From assembly GCF_009914755.1 (NCBI RefSeq), contig NC_060928.1: a DNA stretch of 64,000 bases. One strand, written 5' to 3'. Source of the stretch: the human T2T-CHM13v2.0 reference genome, Homo sapiens. Each line of letters opens with the position of its first letter. Position 1 is the stretch's first letter. The notes beneath the pieces are model-generated. The model worked only from the letters and a program-made list of their open reading frames with translations. It made no database searches and had not been told where the DNA came from. A program made the position numbers and the translations under genes. Below, piece after piece: positions 14,085-31,093 of this stretch.

Positions 14085-15332
14085 TAATTAAAATTTATTT
14101 TTTGTTTTAATATAAACAGTTTTTAAATATATTTCCCCTGTAAAGGGATACATATGTTTATAAAGCCTGTTTCCACTTCTCCCTAGAGGTTATTTTTAAA
14201 AGTTGTTTGTAAAATTAATTTTGATTTTTTTAATTAAAGAAGTCATATATCATTTTAAAGGTCAAATGGTTTTCAACAGCATATAATGAAAAAGAGCAGC
14301 GCCACCCTGTGCCTGCCCAGACCAAATATTTTCCCCAGATGGAGCATTTTCAACCTTTAGTTATTTCTTCTGGCATTTTCTTACCTCTTTCTAAATCACC
14401 TCTCTGCACTGATAATCCTTGATTTTTTAGTATTAAATATTATTGATGGACTTTCTGTTACGAAGATGAAGATTAGCTCTTATGCTGCTTTCCCAAGTAC
14501 CCTCTCACCATTCTCATAAGGGTATCATTTTTTGTTAGATCAATATTCTGTGGTTACTATTATGACCACATAAATAGTGTCCGTAGTTATGCCACATAAT
14601 ATGCTTTAATTACATTTCCTGTCTTGTATAACCTTTCTTTCTGGAAGTTGATAATTGCCTTTATGCTTTCTTTAGTTACCTATGTGCTTGTCATTAATTT
14701 CACCTCTTCACTCTCTCAGAAATGGAGAACTATTCTGAGCAAATTTACACACGCCAGGTAACATCCCCATTCCCTTTCTCCTCTCAGAGACACTTCTCTT
14801 GGAGAACGTTGCCCTCCTACCACTGGTTGTCCTGGAAGCCATCAAACAGCTGTCAACCCTGGACTTCCCTGCTCCGTCATCTGAGAAGTCCCCTTTGCCC
14901 ATTTCCTGAGTTGGAGCCCTGATTTCCTGGGTTTCAGGCCTTCCTTTTGCTTCATTGATTTCCTTTCTTGGAGCATCTCCTTCAGTAGCTTCCTGAGAGA
15001 ACCTGCATGGAAGGTAACATTTTCAAAGTTTTGCATGTCTGAGATTGTCTTTATTCTCCTCTTACATTTCAGTGATAGTTTGCTTGGATGTAGCATTGTA
15101 CCTCCTCCAACCGTGGAACCATTTCTCTGTGATCTTGTTTCCAGCTATTGATAGTCTGATGTCATTCTAATTCTTATTTTCTTTCCCTGTGGGGTTTTGG
15201 ATTCTTTTCCTTATCTCTGTTGCTTGGGAATTTCATCATCCTGTGCCTTGGTGTGGTTTTATTTTGTTGTTTGTGCTGGGCCCACGTGAATCCTTTCAAT
15301 CTGGAAACCTGTGGCCTTCAGTTGCAAGAAAG
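14085..15332 (-). mobile_element. Ancient L1M (L1ME-like) remnant, continuing at ~20595-21020 beyond the Tigger insertion
   Basis: T-rich degenerate sequence; the minus-strand ORF 14842-15096 has weak L1 ORF1 C-terminal similarity (HPSKLSLK...IKTISDMQNF...LRKLLKEML). Confidence 0.55.
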
Positions 15333-15733
15333 TACAGGTTAAGCATCCCTAATCTTAAAATCTGAAATCGGAAATGCTCCAAGATCTGAAATGTCTTGAG
15401 AGTGGACATGATGTCACAAGTGGAAAATTCCACATCTGATCTCATGTGACATGTCACAGTCAAAATACTGGTGCACAACACATCGTTTATTTCATATCCC
15501 CAAAGGAAAAAAAGGCCTTCTCAGCCCGCTTCAGCAGTGATGTATCTTTTCCACGCACATCCAGGTTCCCTCTGCCCCTCAAGCACTCACACAGAGAATA
15601 AAATAGCACTTGCACAGGCTGAGGCACCAGTAACACATTCCCCACTATGCCCCACATGAAGCCAAGATCTACCTGCATTACTCACTTGGTTCTTTTTCTT
15701 ATTCTCTGCTGTGTGGTGTAAAGTTATTGATTA

Positions 15734-16062
<329 letters not shown>

Positions 16063-16524
16063 TAAAGTTATTGATTAAAATTTTAAAGGCCTGCTGATAC
16101 TCCCATGGGCTAAAAAAAAAAAAAAAAAAAAAAGAAGTGATAAGAAAAAAAGGAAGCATTTGTGTTTATCTATAACATGGAAAGTCAAGCTGTTGGAGAA
16201 GCCGGACAGTGCTGCAGATGTAAAACATCAGATGGAAGAGCTCAGTGTTGGAATGACCATGGCACATGACCTGAAGAAACAGAAGGATGAACTGTCAAAG
16301 TACTATGCCGCAAGAAACGAACAGAAGTTAATGAAACTAGAAAAAAACTGCGTAAAGCTAAAAATGAAGATCTCAGCTGTGTACTGAGAGTGACCCCGTC
16401 AGTGTTGTATGATGGTACCCTGATCATTAAATAAGCAAGGATCAGTCAAGCTGAACAAAAAATTGAAGGAAACTGTGAATATTCAACAGGCTGGATGCAG
16501 AAATTTAAGAAAAGACAACATTAA

Positions 16525-17321
<797 letters not shown>

Positions 17322-17679
17322 TCAAGAAGCAGTGAGGAAATTCATTAATGAGTTTGCCAAGTTCATCACTGATAAAACTCTACAGACACAAGAGCAACTC
17401 TACGACACTGATGAAACATCACTGTTTTGCTGAGCTTGCCCCAGAAAGACACTGACTACAGCTGATGAGACAGCCCCTGTGGGAATGAAGGATGTCAGGG
17501 GCAGAACGACGGTGCTGGGATGTGCTAATGCAGCAGGCACGCATAAGTTTGAGCTTGCTGTGATGGGCAAACACTTGCACCCTCACTGTTTTCATGGAGT
17601 AAATTTCTTACCAGTCTAATTGTTATACTAACAAAAATGCATGCAGTACCAATTCTGATTGATTTCACAAACATTTTGT

Positions 17680-17832
17680 TTTTTAAAAACTCGATTTAAT
17701 TTAGTTTAAAAAAATAGAGACAGGGTCTCATTATGTTGCTCAGGCTCGTCTTGAACTCCTGGGTTCAAGCAATCCTCCTGCCTCAACCTCCCAAAATGTT
17801 GAGATTACAGGTGTGAGCCACTGTGCCCTGCC
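17680..17832 (-). mobile_element. FLAM / Alu monomer
   Basis: Single Alu arm; 18-bp TSD ATTTCACAAACATTTTGT at 17662-17679 and 17834-17851. Confidence 0.9.
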
Positions 17833-17913
17833 TATTTCACAAACATTTTGTACCAGTGACTTGTGCTCAGGGAAGCTGAGCTAGATATGACTGCAAGATT
17901 TTCTTATTCCTTT

Positions 17914-18200
17914 TATTTTATTTTATTTTAATTTTTTAGAGACAAGGTGTCTCTCTGTCACCCGTGCTGAAGTGCAGTGGTGTTATCCTAGCTCACTGCA
18001 GTCTTGAACTCCTAGACTCAAGTGATCCTTCCACCTCAGCTTCTCAAGTAGCTAGGGCTACAGCTAATTTTTAAGTTTTTTGTAAAGACAAGATCTCATT
18101 ATGTTGCCCAGGCTGATCTCAAACTCCTGGGCTCAAGCACTTCTCCCGCCTTGGCCTTCCAAAGTGCTGGAATTACAGGCATGAGGCACAAAACCTGGCC
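17914..18200 (-). mobile_element. AluJ
   Basis: Diverged dimer; imperfect TSD AGATTTTCTTATTCCTT / AGGTTTTGTTATTCCTT. Confidence 0.9.
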
Positions 18201-18925
18201 AGGTTTTGTTATTCCTTGACAACAGTTCTGCTCATCTTTCAGCTGAGATTCTCATAAAAAATGCTTATGCCATGTACTTTCCCCAAATGTGACTTCATTA
18301 ATTCAGTCATGTGACCAGGTTATCCTTAGATCAATGAAGAGTAAATATAAAAACCCTCTCTTGAACAGCGCGCTAGCAGCAGTGAACAGTGGTGTGCGTG
18401 TGGGAGATTTTCAAGAGGAGTTGAGCGCAAAGGAGGCTGTAAACACTGTTGCCAATGCTGAGAACACAGTGACTAAAGACACAGCTGTGCATGCCTGGCA
18501 CAACCTCTGGCCTGTGACTGTATTCAGTGATGATAATAAACAAGCTGGTGACTTTCAAGGATTCCATAAGTCAAGTGAGAAAAAAAAATCATGTCTGACC
18601 TTATATGTGCAAAATATAGACCTTCAGACTTTATCAGTAAGCTGGAAAAAGTGAATATAGAAGTTTTTAACATTGAGAATGGGCTCCAATTGTTAATTTA
18701 TTGACTGATGGCAAAATAGCTGAAATGTTTCTGAATCAAGGTGATGGTGATAATAGTGATGATAAAGATGATGTTAGCACTGCAGAAAGAGTGTCTACAC
18801 ATGACATGATGAAAATGCAGGATGGGCTTATTGAAGGGCTAGAGTGCTGCACATTCACAACAGAACAAAAAAATCATGTCCTTTGATAAAATCAAAGAGA
18901 GACTCTCAGAAAAAAAACCTTATTA

Positions 18926-19345
<420 letters not shown>

Positions 19346-19638
19346 CCAGTTATTAGTAACCTTTTAATCAGGCAACGCGTTGCTAGTGAAGTCGAACGCC
19401 GCCTTTGCTGGCTGCTGCTGGTTAGCGGTGATGCAGGAGTTCTCGTGATGCTGCCGCATGGGTGCCCTGAACACATGATTTTTCACTGTATTAATGGCAT
19501 ATCTTTTTTTTTTTTTTACTGTTAAAGTACTCGTGTGAATAAGTGTAAGAAAATGGTTATTTATTGGTAGAATATAAATTCAGAGTCAGGAATGTTGGTG
19601 ATGCCAACCAACCACAGATTGTCCACATTGGTGGCTGA

Positions 19639-20070
<432 letters not shown>

Positions 20071-20175
20071 TGAGGTTTATATAAAACATAAATGAATTTA
20101 TTGTTTAGACTTGGGTCCCACCCCCAAGATATCTCATTATATGTATGTAAATATTCCAAAATCTGATAAAAAGTC

Positions 20176-20533
20176 TAATATGGTTTAGCTCTGTGTCCCC
20201 ACTCAAATCTCATCTTGAATTGTAATCCCTACATGTTGAGGGAGGGATGTGGTGGGAGGTGATGGGGTCATGGGGGCTGTTTCCTTCACGCTGTTCTCAT
20301 GATAGCGAGTGAGTTCTCACGAGATCTGATGGTTTTATAAGTGGTAGTTTCCCCTGTTCCTTTCCTCTTCTGCCACCATGTAAGACATGCCTTGCTTTTC
20401 CTTCGGCTTCTGCTGTGATTGTAAGTTTCCTGAGGCTTCCCCAGCCATATGGAACTGTGAGTCAAACCTCTTTCCTTCATGAATTACCCAGTCTCAGGTA
20501 TTCTTTATAGCACTGTGAAAATGGACTAATACA
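20176..20533 (+). mobile_element. THE1/MST (ERVL-MaLR) solo LTR inside the Tigger4 3' end
   Basis: ATATGGTTTAGCTCTGTGTCCCCACTCAAATCTC ... GGACTAATACA. Confidence 0.9.
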
Positions 20534-22727
20534 AATCCTAAATGCAGAGCACTCCTTGTTTCAAGCATTTCAGATAAGGGATACTCAACCTGTACCCTTA
20601 ATTGCTAATCATTTCTCTTCCCAGAATTCCTATTACTTCCTATTGTTTGGATGTTTTGCTGATTAGATCAATCCTTTAATTTTAAAAAATCTTTTAAAAT
20701 CTCTCCTATGTTCCATTCTGAAGATTTTCTGCATTTTATCATTCATTCATTTCCTTGATGGTTTCATTTCTGCTGTCATATTCGTAGTGTTTAAGAGCTC
20801 TTCCATATTCTCTGAATGTCACCTTTATTATAGCATCCTGTTCTTGTTTCACAGATGCAATATTTATCTCTCCGAGGCTTGGAATTACAGATTTTTAAAA
20901 AAATAAGTTTATTCTGCTTGCTGCATTTTCTCTCTTTTCTCTGAGTTCCTTCTCTCTCTCTCCCTTTCTGCTTTCATCTTCCTCTTTTATATCAAGAGAT
21001 GCTTCCCAAATGACTGGTGACATTTGCCCAAAAACATGAAATAAGAGCTCTGTGGGCATAATCTGGGTTTGTGGGCAAGTCAGGCAATGAAGCAGCGATC
21101 CGTCATTTCACTGGTGCTGCCGAAATGGCAGTTTGTGTAGGTCTTTCCCCTTATGCCAGTGGGTTTCCCTAGAGGGGGATCCTTCAGTTTCTTCCCAGGG
21201 GAGGGCAGCAAGGGCACAGCCTGGCTGCCAGGTTTCTGGGAGCCAAGTTGAGAAAGGTGCCCAGATATCTCACCATTGTGAGTGCAGAATTCCTCCACAT
21301 GTTCTGGGATTAGCCAGGTGTCAGGACACCTCCTTCAGATGTGTTGGTGTTCCTGAAGCCAAAGCCTGTTTGGGGCAATTCCTCCAGAGAGGAAACCAGA
21401 GAGGTGGCTCATGAGGACGGGTGGTACTCATCTCGCTGCCTGTGATGAGGACCTTCCCACCAGGCCTGTGTGCTCCCCATTCATTTCCTGCCCCTGGACC
21501 TCTCATTCCTGGGCTATTATTCCTGGATCTAGCCATAAGTGGCTTACTTGTGGTCACTCCCCTCAAAGGCTGGGATGGAACTGTGAGAGAATACATTTAC
21601 CATGTTAAAAGACACCCAGCTTGTGGTTAATTGGTCACAGCAGCCTCAGGGAACTAATGATGCATTTGGGAAAAGTTTTCACAACAAAGGTATGAGTTTA
21701 GAACATCTCAGGATTCTCCCACACATGACCAACTGGATACCTGCTGAAGTATGACCTGGTTTCTAAAGATCCAGGGCAGCAATCTCAGGCTGATGTTTCT
21801 TTCCAGCTTAGGCTTGGTTAATTTATTGCAGGCTCTGCAGTTTTCAATGCAGGGTGTATGTGGAAACCACCTGGTTTCCATCCCAGAAGCTACCTGGTCT
21901 CCATCCCAGGGCATTTTAAAAGAGGTTCTGTATGTGCTTCAGGTTACACGGTCCTGGTGAAGAGTCACGGCTCTGAAACCAGCATTGGCCCCCAACATAG
22001 AGGATAGAGGAGAGCAGACCCAGAGGGAGTCTCCTGGCCTGTTCTTGAACTAGGGAGACCTCTGGGAGTGTCAGGGAGGAGTAGTGCTTTGGGACCCAAC
22101 CTTGTGATTGAGAAACAGAGGCCCAGAAAAAGCAAATGACTTGCTAAACTCATGAAGCTGGCAAGTGATGAAGCTGGAATTTGAACCAAGCTAGAAGTTA
22201 GGTCTCTTGACTCCAACCTCTGGTTTTCGTTTCCTTTGGGCATGTATCTCTGAGACTGGAAAATGTAACCTAATGGATCTATTCATGGTCTGGGGCCATG
22301 TGGCCAAATCCCACGTAGGTCCCCTCCCACAGAGCCCCAAGGTAAAGAATAAGGCAGAATAAAATGAACTAACTTTAATCAAAAGGAAATGCTCCTTGTG
22401 CCTCCTCTATGCCTGGCCGACACTGGGTGCCGGGACTAGGGAGTGAGGTGGTCCTTGCTGTCAAGGATGGAGGGAAGGAACTCCCTAACAGCAGCCTGTG
22501 CTGAGCCCATGACACGTGCACCAGACACAGACTCAGGGCCACTCAACTAGCAGCAGGTGTCGCCACTGAACAGGTAGGAAAGCCAAGGCTCAAAGGGTAA
22601 CAGATCCTAGCAAGGGTCACCCAGGTTTAAGGTGGGGTTATGGGTCAAGTGCCTGTCCATATTCATATGCTGAAATCCACAACATTATAAAAATCCCAGT
22701 TCCCAGGTCAAGAGATGCCTACATAGC

Positions 22728-23068
22728 CCACCAACAAGCTCAAATTCATGTGCTGAAATCTAACCCCCTATGTGACAGCATTTGGAGGTGAGGCCTTTGG
22801 GAGGTGATGAGGTGTTGAGGGCTGAGCCCTCATGATGGAATTCGTGCCTTATGAGAAGGGACCAGAGAGCCAGTGTCCCCTCTTTCCACCATGTGAGGAT
22901 CCAAGGAGAAGTCAGGATTCTGCAACCCAGAAGGGGGCCCTCGCCAGACCTTGGCCATGCTGGAGCCTTGATCTTGGACTGGCGGCCTCCAGAATTGTGA
23001 GAAATAGGCATCCATTGTGGATAAGCCACCTACTGTGGTACTTTGTTATAGCAGCTGGAGCTAAGACA
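22728..23068 (+). mobile_element. MLT1A/MST-type MaLR LTR
   Basis: AAATTCATGTGCTGAAATCTAACCCC ... TTGTTATAGCAGC...CTAAGACA. Confidence 0.8.
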
Positions 23069-24317
23069 AATGGTGAAGCCAGGTTAGAACTCAGCTCTCT
23101 CCGATTTACAACTTGTTGGGGCAGAGGGAATGAGAACAGGTCATTGCAGCCTTCCCCAAGATGTACTATCTCAGGTGGTCCTTCTTCCCCAGGAATTCTG
23201 CCCGTCGCTAGCCCCAGGGGCTAGGATTGAAGGAGTGGAGGGGAAGAATGATGTGCCCTCTGAAAAGGCATCTTCCCATGCCTGTGGGCAAAGGTAGAGC
23301 CTGTGTTGAGTTACAGGTCTTTGGCATAAGGTGTCACAGAACTGGGCTGTGTTTATGAACTACCTAGGGATCTCCTGACCTGGGAAGCAGGGTTGTTATA
23401 ATGCTAAGCCTGGGGAAGGCAAGGGGAACAGGGGTGATCAGAGGACACCTTGGTGGGTCTGACTCAGTCTTCCATGTCTGTTTCTCAGACCTACTGAGTT
23501 CGCTGAGAAGACCCTTGAGTGAGCGGATGGCAGGCAGGTTGCTTCCTCACAACGAGGAGTAAGCCAGCCCCAGCTGCGGCAGGCCCTGCCCACCTGCCCT
23601 CAGCGGGTGAGCAGAGGAGCCCGGCGCTGTCCCGAAGGAGGGCATCTCAGACGTAAGGGCAGGCACACCTAGCTTCTGGGCTGCCCTGTGTGCTCCTCCA
23701 CTTCTCTGAGCCTCAGTTTCCTCATCTCCAACATGGGATGACTCTGATGATAACACAGTAATGCCTACCTTACAAGGTTTTTTTTTTTTTTTAGAAGATT
23801 AAGAACTGCAGTGGGGGAGCATGTTTTGTAAAAACATCAAATCCAAATAAACATCAGATTTCCCTGTCTTGTGCACTCCCATGGCCCCTTCAATAGCACT
23901 GAAGTCTGCTACGTCACTGTCAATTTTACTGCATGTCTCCACGGTGAGGATGAAAGCTCTCTGCCAGCAGGCACCCAGGCTACTCTGCCCATTGTCAAAT
24001 TCTTGCCTGATGCTTAGGTGCTTAATAAATATTGGCTAAATGACTATATGCAAATGTTATTGTTAATATGATTGCACTCTGATAGGATTAATACATCTTT
24101 TGTCTTATGAATAGAGCATTCTATACTAGATTTTGTCTTCTAGGATATACATAGGGACTCCTCGACAGTCAATATCTCTCTCTTTCTTTCTCACCCTCTC
24201 CAAATTCCACCTCTGTCCATCTATCTGTCATCCCTGAGTCCAACCCAGCACAGATCCTTCTTCCTCAGCCCTCCCAGGCAGCTCCTGTCCTTTCCCACAG
24301 GGAATTTCCAGGCCCAG

Positions 24318-24402
24318 GCCTGGCAGAGGTCAAACTATCTGGACCTGGGACCCTCTTGAGCCTGGCAGAGGTCAAACTATCTGGACCTGGGACCCTCTTG
24401 AG
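24318..24402. repeat. Perfect 42-bp tandem duplication
   Basis: GCCTGGCAGAGGTCAAACTATCTGGACCTGGGACCCTCTTGA at 24318-24359 and 24360-24401; the two copies are identical. Confidence 0.97.
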
Positions 24403-25149
24403 TCCAAAGGCAGGCTCTGGTCTGACCCAGTACCGGTCTCAGTGATGGACTGAAGCCATTATAGGCTGTGGCTGGGCACAAACCTCCTGATCAACATGAA
24501 AAAGACGTCAAGTATCTGAAAAAATCTATGTTTTGGCTGCAGGCTCGCCTTAACCCCTCATGAGCTGCCTCTGTTGAAAGGCTTTTCTTTTTTTTTTAAT
24601 TTTGTTTTGTTTTGCGTGCAGATTATCTGAGAACTGCTTGGCACTTGGGAATTTTCCACTGGCGCGAGCTAAGCCTGCTAATGCCAAGAAAGGAGAGAAG
24701 AAAAATCAGACAAAATGGGCCCCGCTCTCCTGCCAGTCTCAATTTGGGAGACTTTTTCCATCCTTGGGGCCATTTGTGAAAAATCAAGCTCTGAGGCCTT
24801 CTAGGGAAAATCTCTGGGCTTTTGATTCTCCAGTGTGGAAATTCTCTGCATTTGAATATTAAGTAGTGAAATGAGAAGGGTGTGGGTTACTGATGCCAAA
24901 ACAGTTGTGTGCACTTATTTATTTATTTTTTTCCTTTATCATGGGGAGGCAGCGTGGTTTCTGTAGTCTGAGAAAGCTTAATCAAACTGTGGCTTCGTTA
25001 GTTACTGCGTGGGTTGGAGAAATTACGTTGTTTCCCGAGCCTCAGTTTACTGCTCTGTAAAAAGAGCTAATGGTACTCATTTTGATGAGTTATTCGGAGG
25101 AGTTACTGTGTGGATTCTGTGTGTGTTCTGTGGTCTTCTTCTTCCTAGG

Positions 25150-25175
25150 GTGTGTGTGTGTGTGTGTGTGTGTGT
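25150..25175. repeat. (GT)13 microsatellite
   Basis: Read directly. Confidence 0.95.
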
Positions 25176-26034
25176 TTGTCTTTTATGAATGAGGGGCTAG
25201 GTGGAGATGGTGTTTTCCTGTAGGGGTTTCTGAGCCCCACTACCTAATTATCTCTAAAAGGCCCTTCCAGTGTTAATCAAATGAAGAGCTGTATCTTCAG
25301 CTGGGAAGCTGAATCTTGGAGGGTGGGCCCTGGGCTGGTAGCGGGGGACTTGCATGAATCACTACAGATTATCATTCCTCAAGGGCAGGTGTGTCTGGCA
25401 GGGTGGTCTTTCGGGCAGTGGGTGCTAAGATGGTAAGCAGAGCAGGTCAGAAGCCAGGATGACATAGCCTGCTGAGATGATGCTGTTTTATGTTCCTCTC
25501 CATATTTATTTTGGACTTTAGGGAAAAAAATCTTGATAAAATAGAACCTTTTATTCATGTCTCAACTGTGCTATGGGATTTTAAAGGGAAGAATCTCTGT
25601 AAAGACAGCGAAAATGTGTAGGGGCCCTGAGCAAGCAAAGAGTTTGTCCTCCAAACTCATGTTCCCTAAATGTTGCCTTCATATTCATCTGGGGGTAGGA
25701 GTGGCAGATATGGGGAAGTAGGAACCCTGATTCTATATCTCTTTTGCTGTCAGAACAGTTCTGCTCTGGCCCAAATTTGCAGGCTTTACAGAATAAAATA
25801 AAACTATAATTAACTCAGGCCCCTCTAATAAGATTAGATCAACCATCTGTTGATCATCAAGCCTGCCTTTGGGGGTCTTATTTTTCAATCCAGGAGGCCC
25901 CTCAAAGAATTCTTTCCTGTCACACTGCCCTTGAGATAATTTTGCTAAATATAATTCCCTCCATCTTACTCTCCCTGGAATGATCTGGTCCCTCTCATAG
26001 ATGGCTTCAGAGACATGCTCAGCTGTTGGTTCTT

Positions 26035-26280
26035 TTTTCTCTCTTTCCTTTTATAGACAGGGTCTTGCTCTGATACTGAGACTGGAGTGCAGTGGGGCAA
26101 CCGTAGCTTAGCTGAGACCACAGGTTCATGCCACCATGCCTGGCTAATGTTTTTTTTATCTTTGTAGAGGTGAGGTCTCACTGTTTCCCAGGCTGGTCTT
26201 GAACTCCTGGGCTCAACTGATGCTCTCACTTCTGCCTTCCAAAGTGCTGGGATGACAGGCATGAGCTATCATGCCTGGCC
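26035..26280 (-). mobile_element. AluJ with internal deletion
   Basis: TSD TGTTGGTTCTT at 26024-26034 and 26282-26292. Confidence 0.88.
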
Positions 26281-26768
26281 TTGTTGGTTCTTAATCTGGC
26301 TCTGTGAGGCTGTCTAAGGGGGACAACCCATCTCCCCTAGGCCAGAGAGGTGGATCATGGTAGCAGAAACCAGCATCATCCATGAAGTCAAGAGGATTGG
26401 GACTGTGAGGTCCCAAACCCCTTCCTTGATGGAGATTCTGTGTTGCAAACTTGAAAGTTAAGGGTTTCTTTAAATTAAGGAAACTGCTAGCTTATTATAG
26501 TTTATAAAAGAGCACAGGACTGGCATGTAGTAGGCATTACATATGAGACAACATGGTGCAGTGTTTATAGGAGGGGGTTTTAGACCAAAACTCTCTGGTT
26601 TCAAATATAATCACTATCAGCCATGTGACTTTGGGAAAATTACATAAGCGCCATGTACCCCATTTCCCCATCTGCAAAATAGGGATGATGACAGTACTAC
26701 TTTACGTGGTTGTTCTGATGACTAAATGAGATAATACTTTAAAAATGCTATCAGTGGGTGTGACATGC

Positions 26769-28944
<2,176 letters not shown>

Positions 28945-29162
28945 TATGGTAGGCATTGAAGAAATATAAACTTTCAATTTCCTTTTACAACGGTTCAGAT
29001 GTTTCTTTTCTCACCCCCTAGAGAGCAGACATCGTAAATTTATTTGCAATGACCAGAACCACGCCAGGCATACAGGAGGCACTCTAGAATAGATGAAAAA
29101 ACAAACTAATGAATATGGGTGTCTTGGTAACTAGCATTGGTTGTGTTCCTAAGGTGTGATGA

Positions 29163-30171
29163 TGTGGTAGGCTGAATAATGGCCTCCATACATGTTCACG
29201 TCCTAATCCCAAGAACTGGTGAGTATGTTACCTTATAGGCAAAGGGAATTCGCACCTGTGATGAAATTAAGGTTTTGAGATAGCATGATGGTTAATTTTA
29301 TGTGTCAACTGACGGGGTCAAGTGATACTCAGATAGCTGGTAAAACATTTCTGAGTATGTCTGTGAGGGCCTTTCTGGAAGGGATTAGCACTGAATCAAT
29401 AGACTGAGTAAAGAAACTCTGCCTTCACCAGTGTGTGCGGGCATCAAACAATCTATTGAGGGCCAGGTAGAACAAAATAAGTGGAGGAAGAACGAATTTG
29501 CTCTGTCTTCTTGAGCTGGAACATCCATCTTCTGCCCTTGGACATTGAAGCTCTTGGTTCTCGGGCCTTTGGATTCCAGGACTTGCTGGGAGTTACACCA
29601 TCAACTTCCCCTGGATGGGGGTGGTCCCGGTGGTATAAGTCCTGGAGCCAATTCCCATAATAAACCTCCTTTTCTATCTCTCTAAATATCCTACTGGTCT
29701 GTTTCTCTGGAGAACTTTGACTAGTACACACAGTATTAGTTTTCTGTTGCTGTGTAACAATGTTACCGCAAATTTAGCAGCTTAAGAGGGCACACATTTA
29801 CGAACTATCCTGGATTATCTGGGTTGACCTAATGTAATCATAAGTGTTTTTATAAAGGGACACAGAAGACTCAGAAAAGTGATGTGATGATGGAAGGAGG
29901 GGTTTGAAAAAGCTACACTGCTCGTTTTGAAGATGAAGGAAGGGGCCATGAGCCAGGGAATAAAAATGGAATTTAGAAGCTGCAAAAGATAAGAAAATAA
30001 TTCTGCCTTAGAGCCTCCCCAGGAGTAATCAGCCCTGCCAATGCCTCGATTTTAGCCCAGTGAGACTGATTTCAGAATTCTGACCTCTAGGACTGCAAGC
30101 AAGTATATTTGTGTTGTTTTAAGCCACTAAGCTTGTGGTACTCTATGACAGCATCTATAGAAAACTAGTAC
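29163..30171 (+). mobile_element. MLT1C/D LTR interrupted by an MLT2 LTR
   Basis: TGTGGTAGGCTGAATAATGGCC start; resumes CTATCCTGGATTATCTGGGT at ~29805; ends AAACTAGTACA. Confidence 0.78.
29287..29728 (+). mobile_element. MLT2B-type (ERVL) solo LTR
   Basis: TGATGGTTAATTTTATGTGTCAACT ... CTCTGGAGAACTTTGACTAGTACA. Confidence 0.85.
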
Positions 30172-30265
30172 AGCTGAGTATAGGAGAATGGCTTCCTTCC
30201 CACTGGCTGAGTGTACATCTGAAAGGTGGTGTATTTTGCCCATTTTCAGAGTGGGAAACTAAGAC

Positions 30266-30725
30266 TGTATTAGTTATGTATGATGGTGTTACAATGTTAC
30301 TATAAACTTAGCAGCTTAAGCCACTTCACATTTATTATCTCATAATTCTACGGGTCAGGAGTCTGGGCACAGAATGGCTGGGTCCTCTGCTCTATGCCTT
30401 CACAAAACTGCAATCAAGATATTGGCTGGGGCTGTGATCTCATCTGAGGTTTGACTGGGAAGATGATCTTCTGTGCTCATAGGTTTTGGCAGTTCCTTGT
30501 AGGCTGCTGGACTGAGGGCCTCACTATCTTTTTTGGATGGAGGCTGGAGCTGCCCTTAGTTCACTGCCATGTGGCCCTCTCCATAGGACATCTTACAACA
30601 TGGCAGCTTGCTTCTTCACACCCAGCAAGAGAGGTTACAATCTTTTGTATCGTAATAATGTGCATCTCGTCACAAATCATAGGCCCCACTGACACTCAGG
30701 GCAGGGGATCACACAAGAGTATAAA
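30266..30725 (-). mobile_element. MLT1F-like LTR
   Basis: TGTATTAGTT...AACTTAGCAGCTTAAG...CATTTATTATCTCA...GGTCAGGAGTCTGGGCACAG. Confidence 0.72.
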
Positions 30726-31093
30726 TGTATTAGTTGTTTTCACACTGCTATAAAGATACTACTTGTGACTGGGTAAATTGTAAACAAAAGAGGCTTAATT
30801 GACTCACAGTTCCACATGGCTGGGGAGGTCTCAGGAAACTTACAATAATGGCGGAAGGTGAAGGAGAAACAAGGGCTTTCTTCACATGGTGGCAGGAGAG
30901 AGAGTGAGAGGGGGGAAATGCCACAGACTTTTAAACCATCAGATCTTATGAGAACCCACTCACTATCACGAGAACAGGAAGGGGGAAATCCACACCCATG
31001 ATCCAATTACCTCCCACCAGGCCCCTCCCCTGACATGTGGGGTTTACAATTCAACATGAGATTTGGGTGGTGACACAGAGCCAAACCATATCA
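30726..31093 (-). mobile_element. THE1/MST solo LTR
   Basis: TGTATTAGTT...GACACAGAGCCAAACCATATCA. Confidence 0.9.

Noticed and set aside
16112-16133. Isolated A-run as the tail of a retro-insertion
   Set aside because: No body or TSD is evident; it is best explained as homopolymer expansion within Tigger4.
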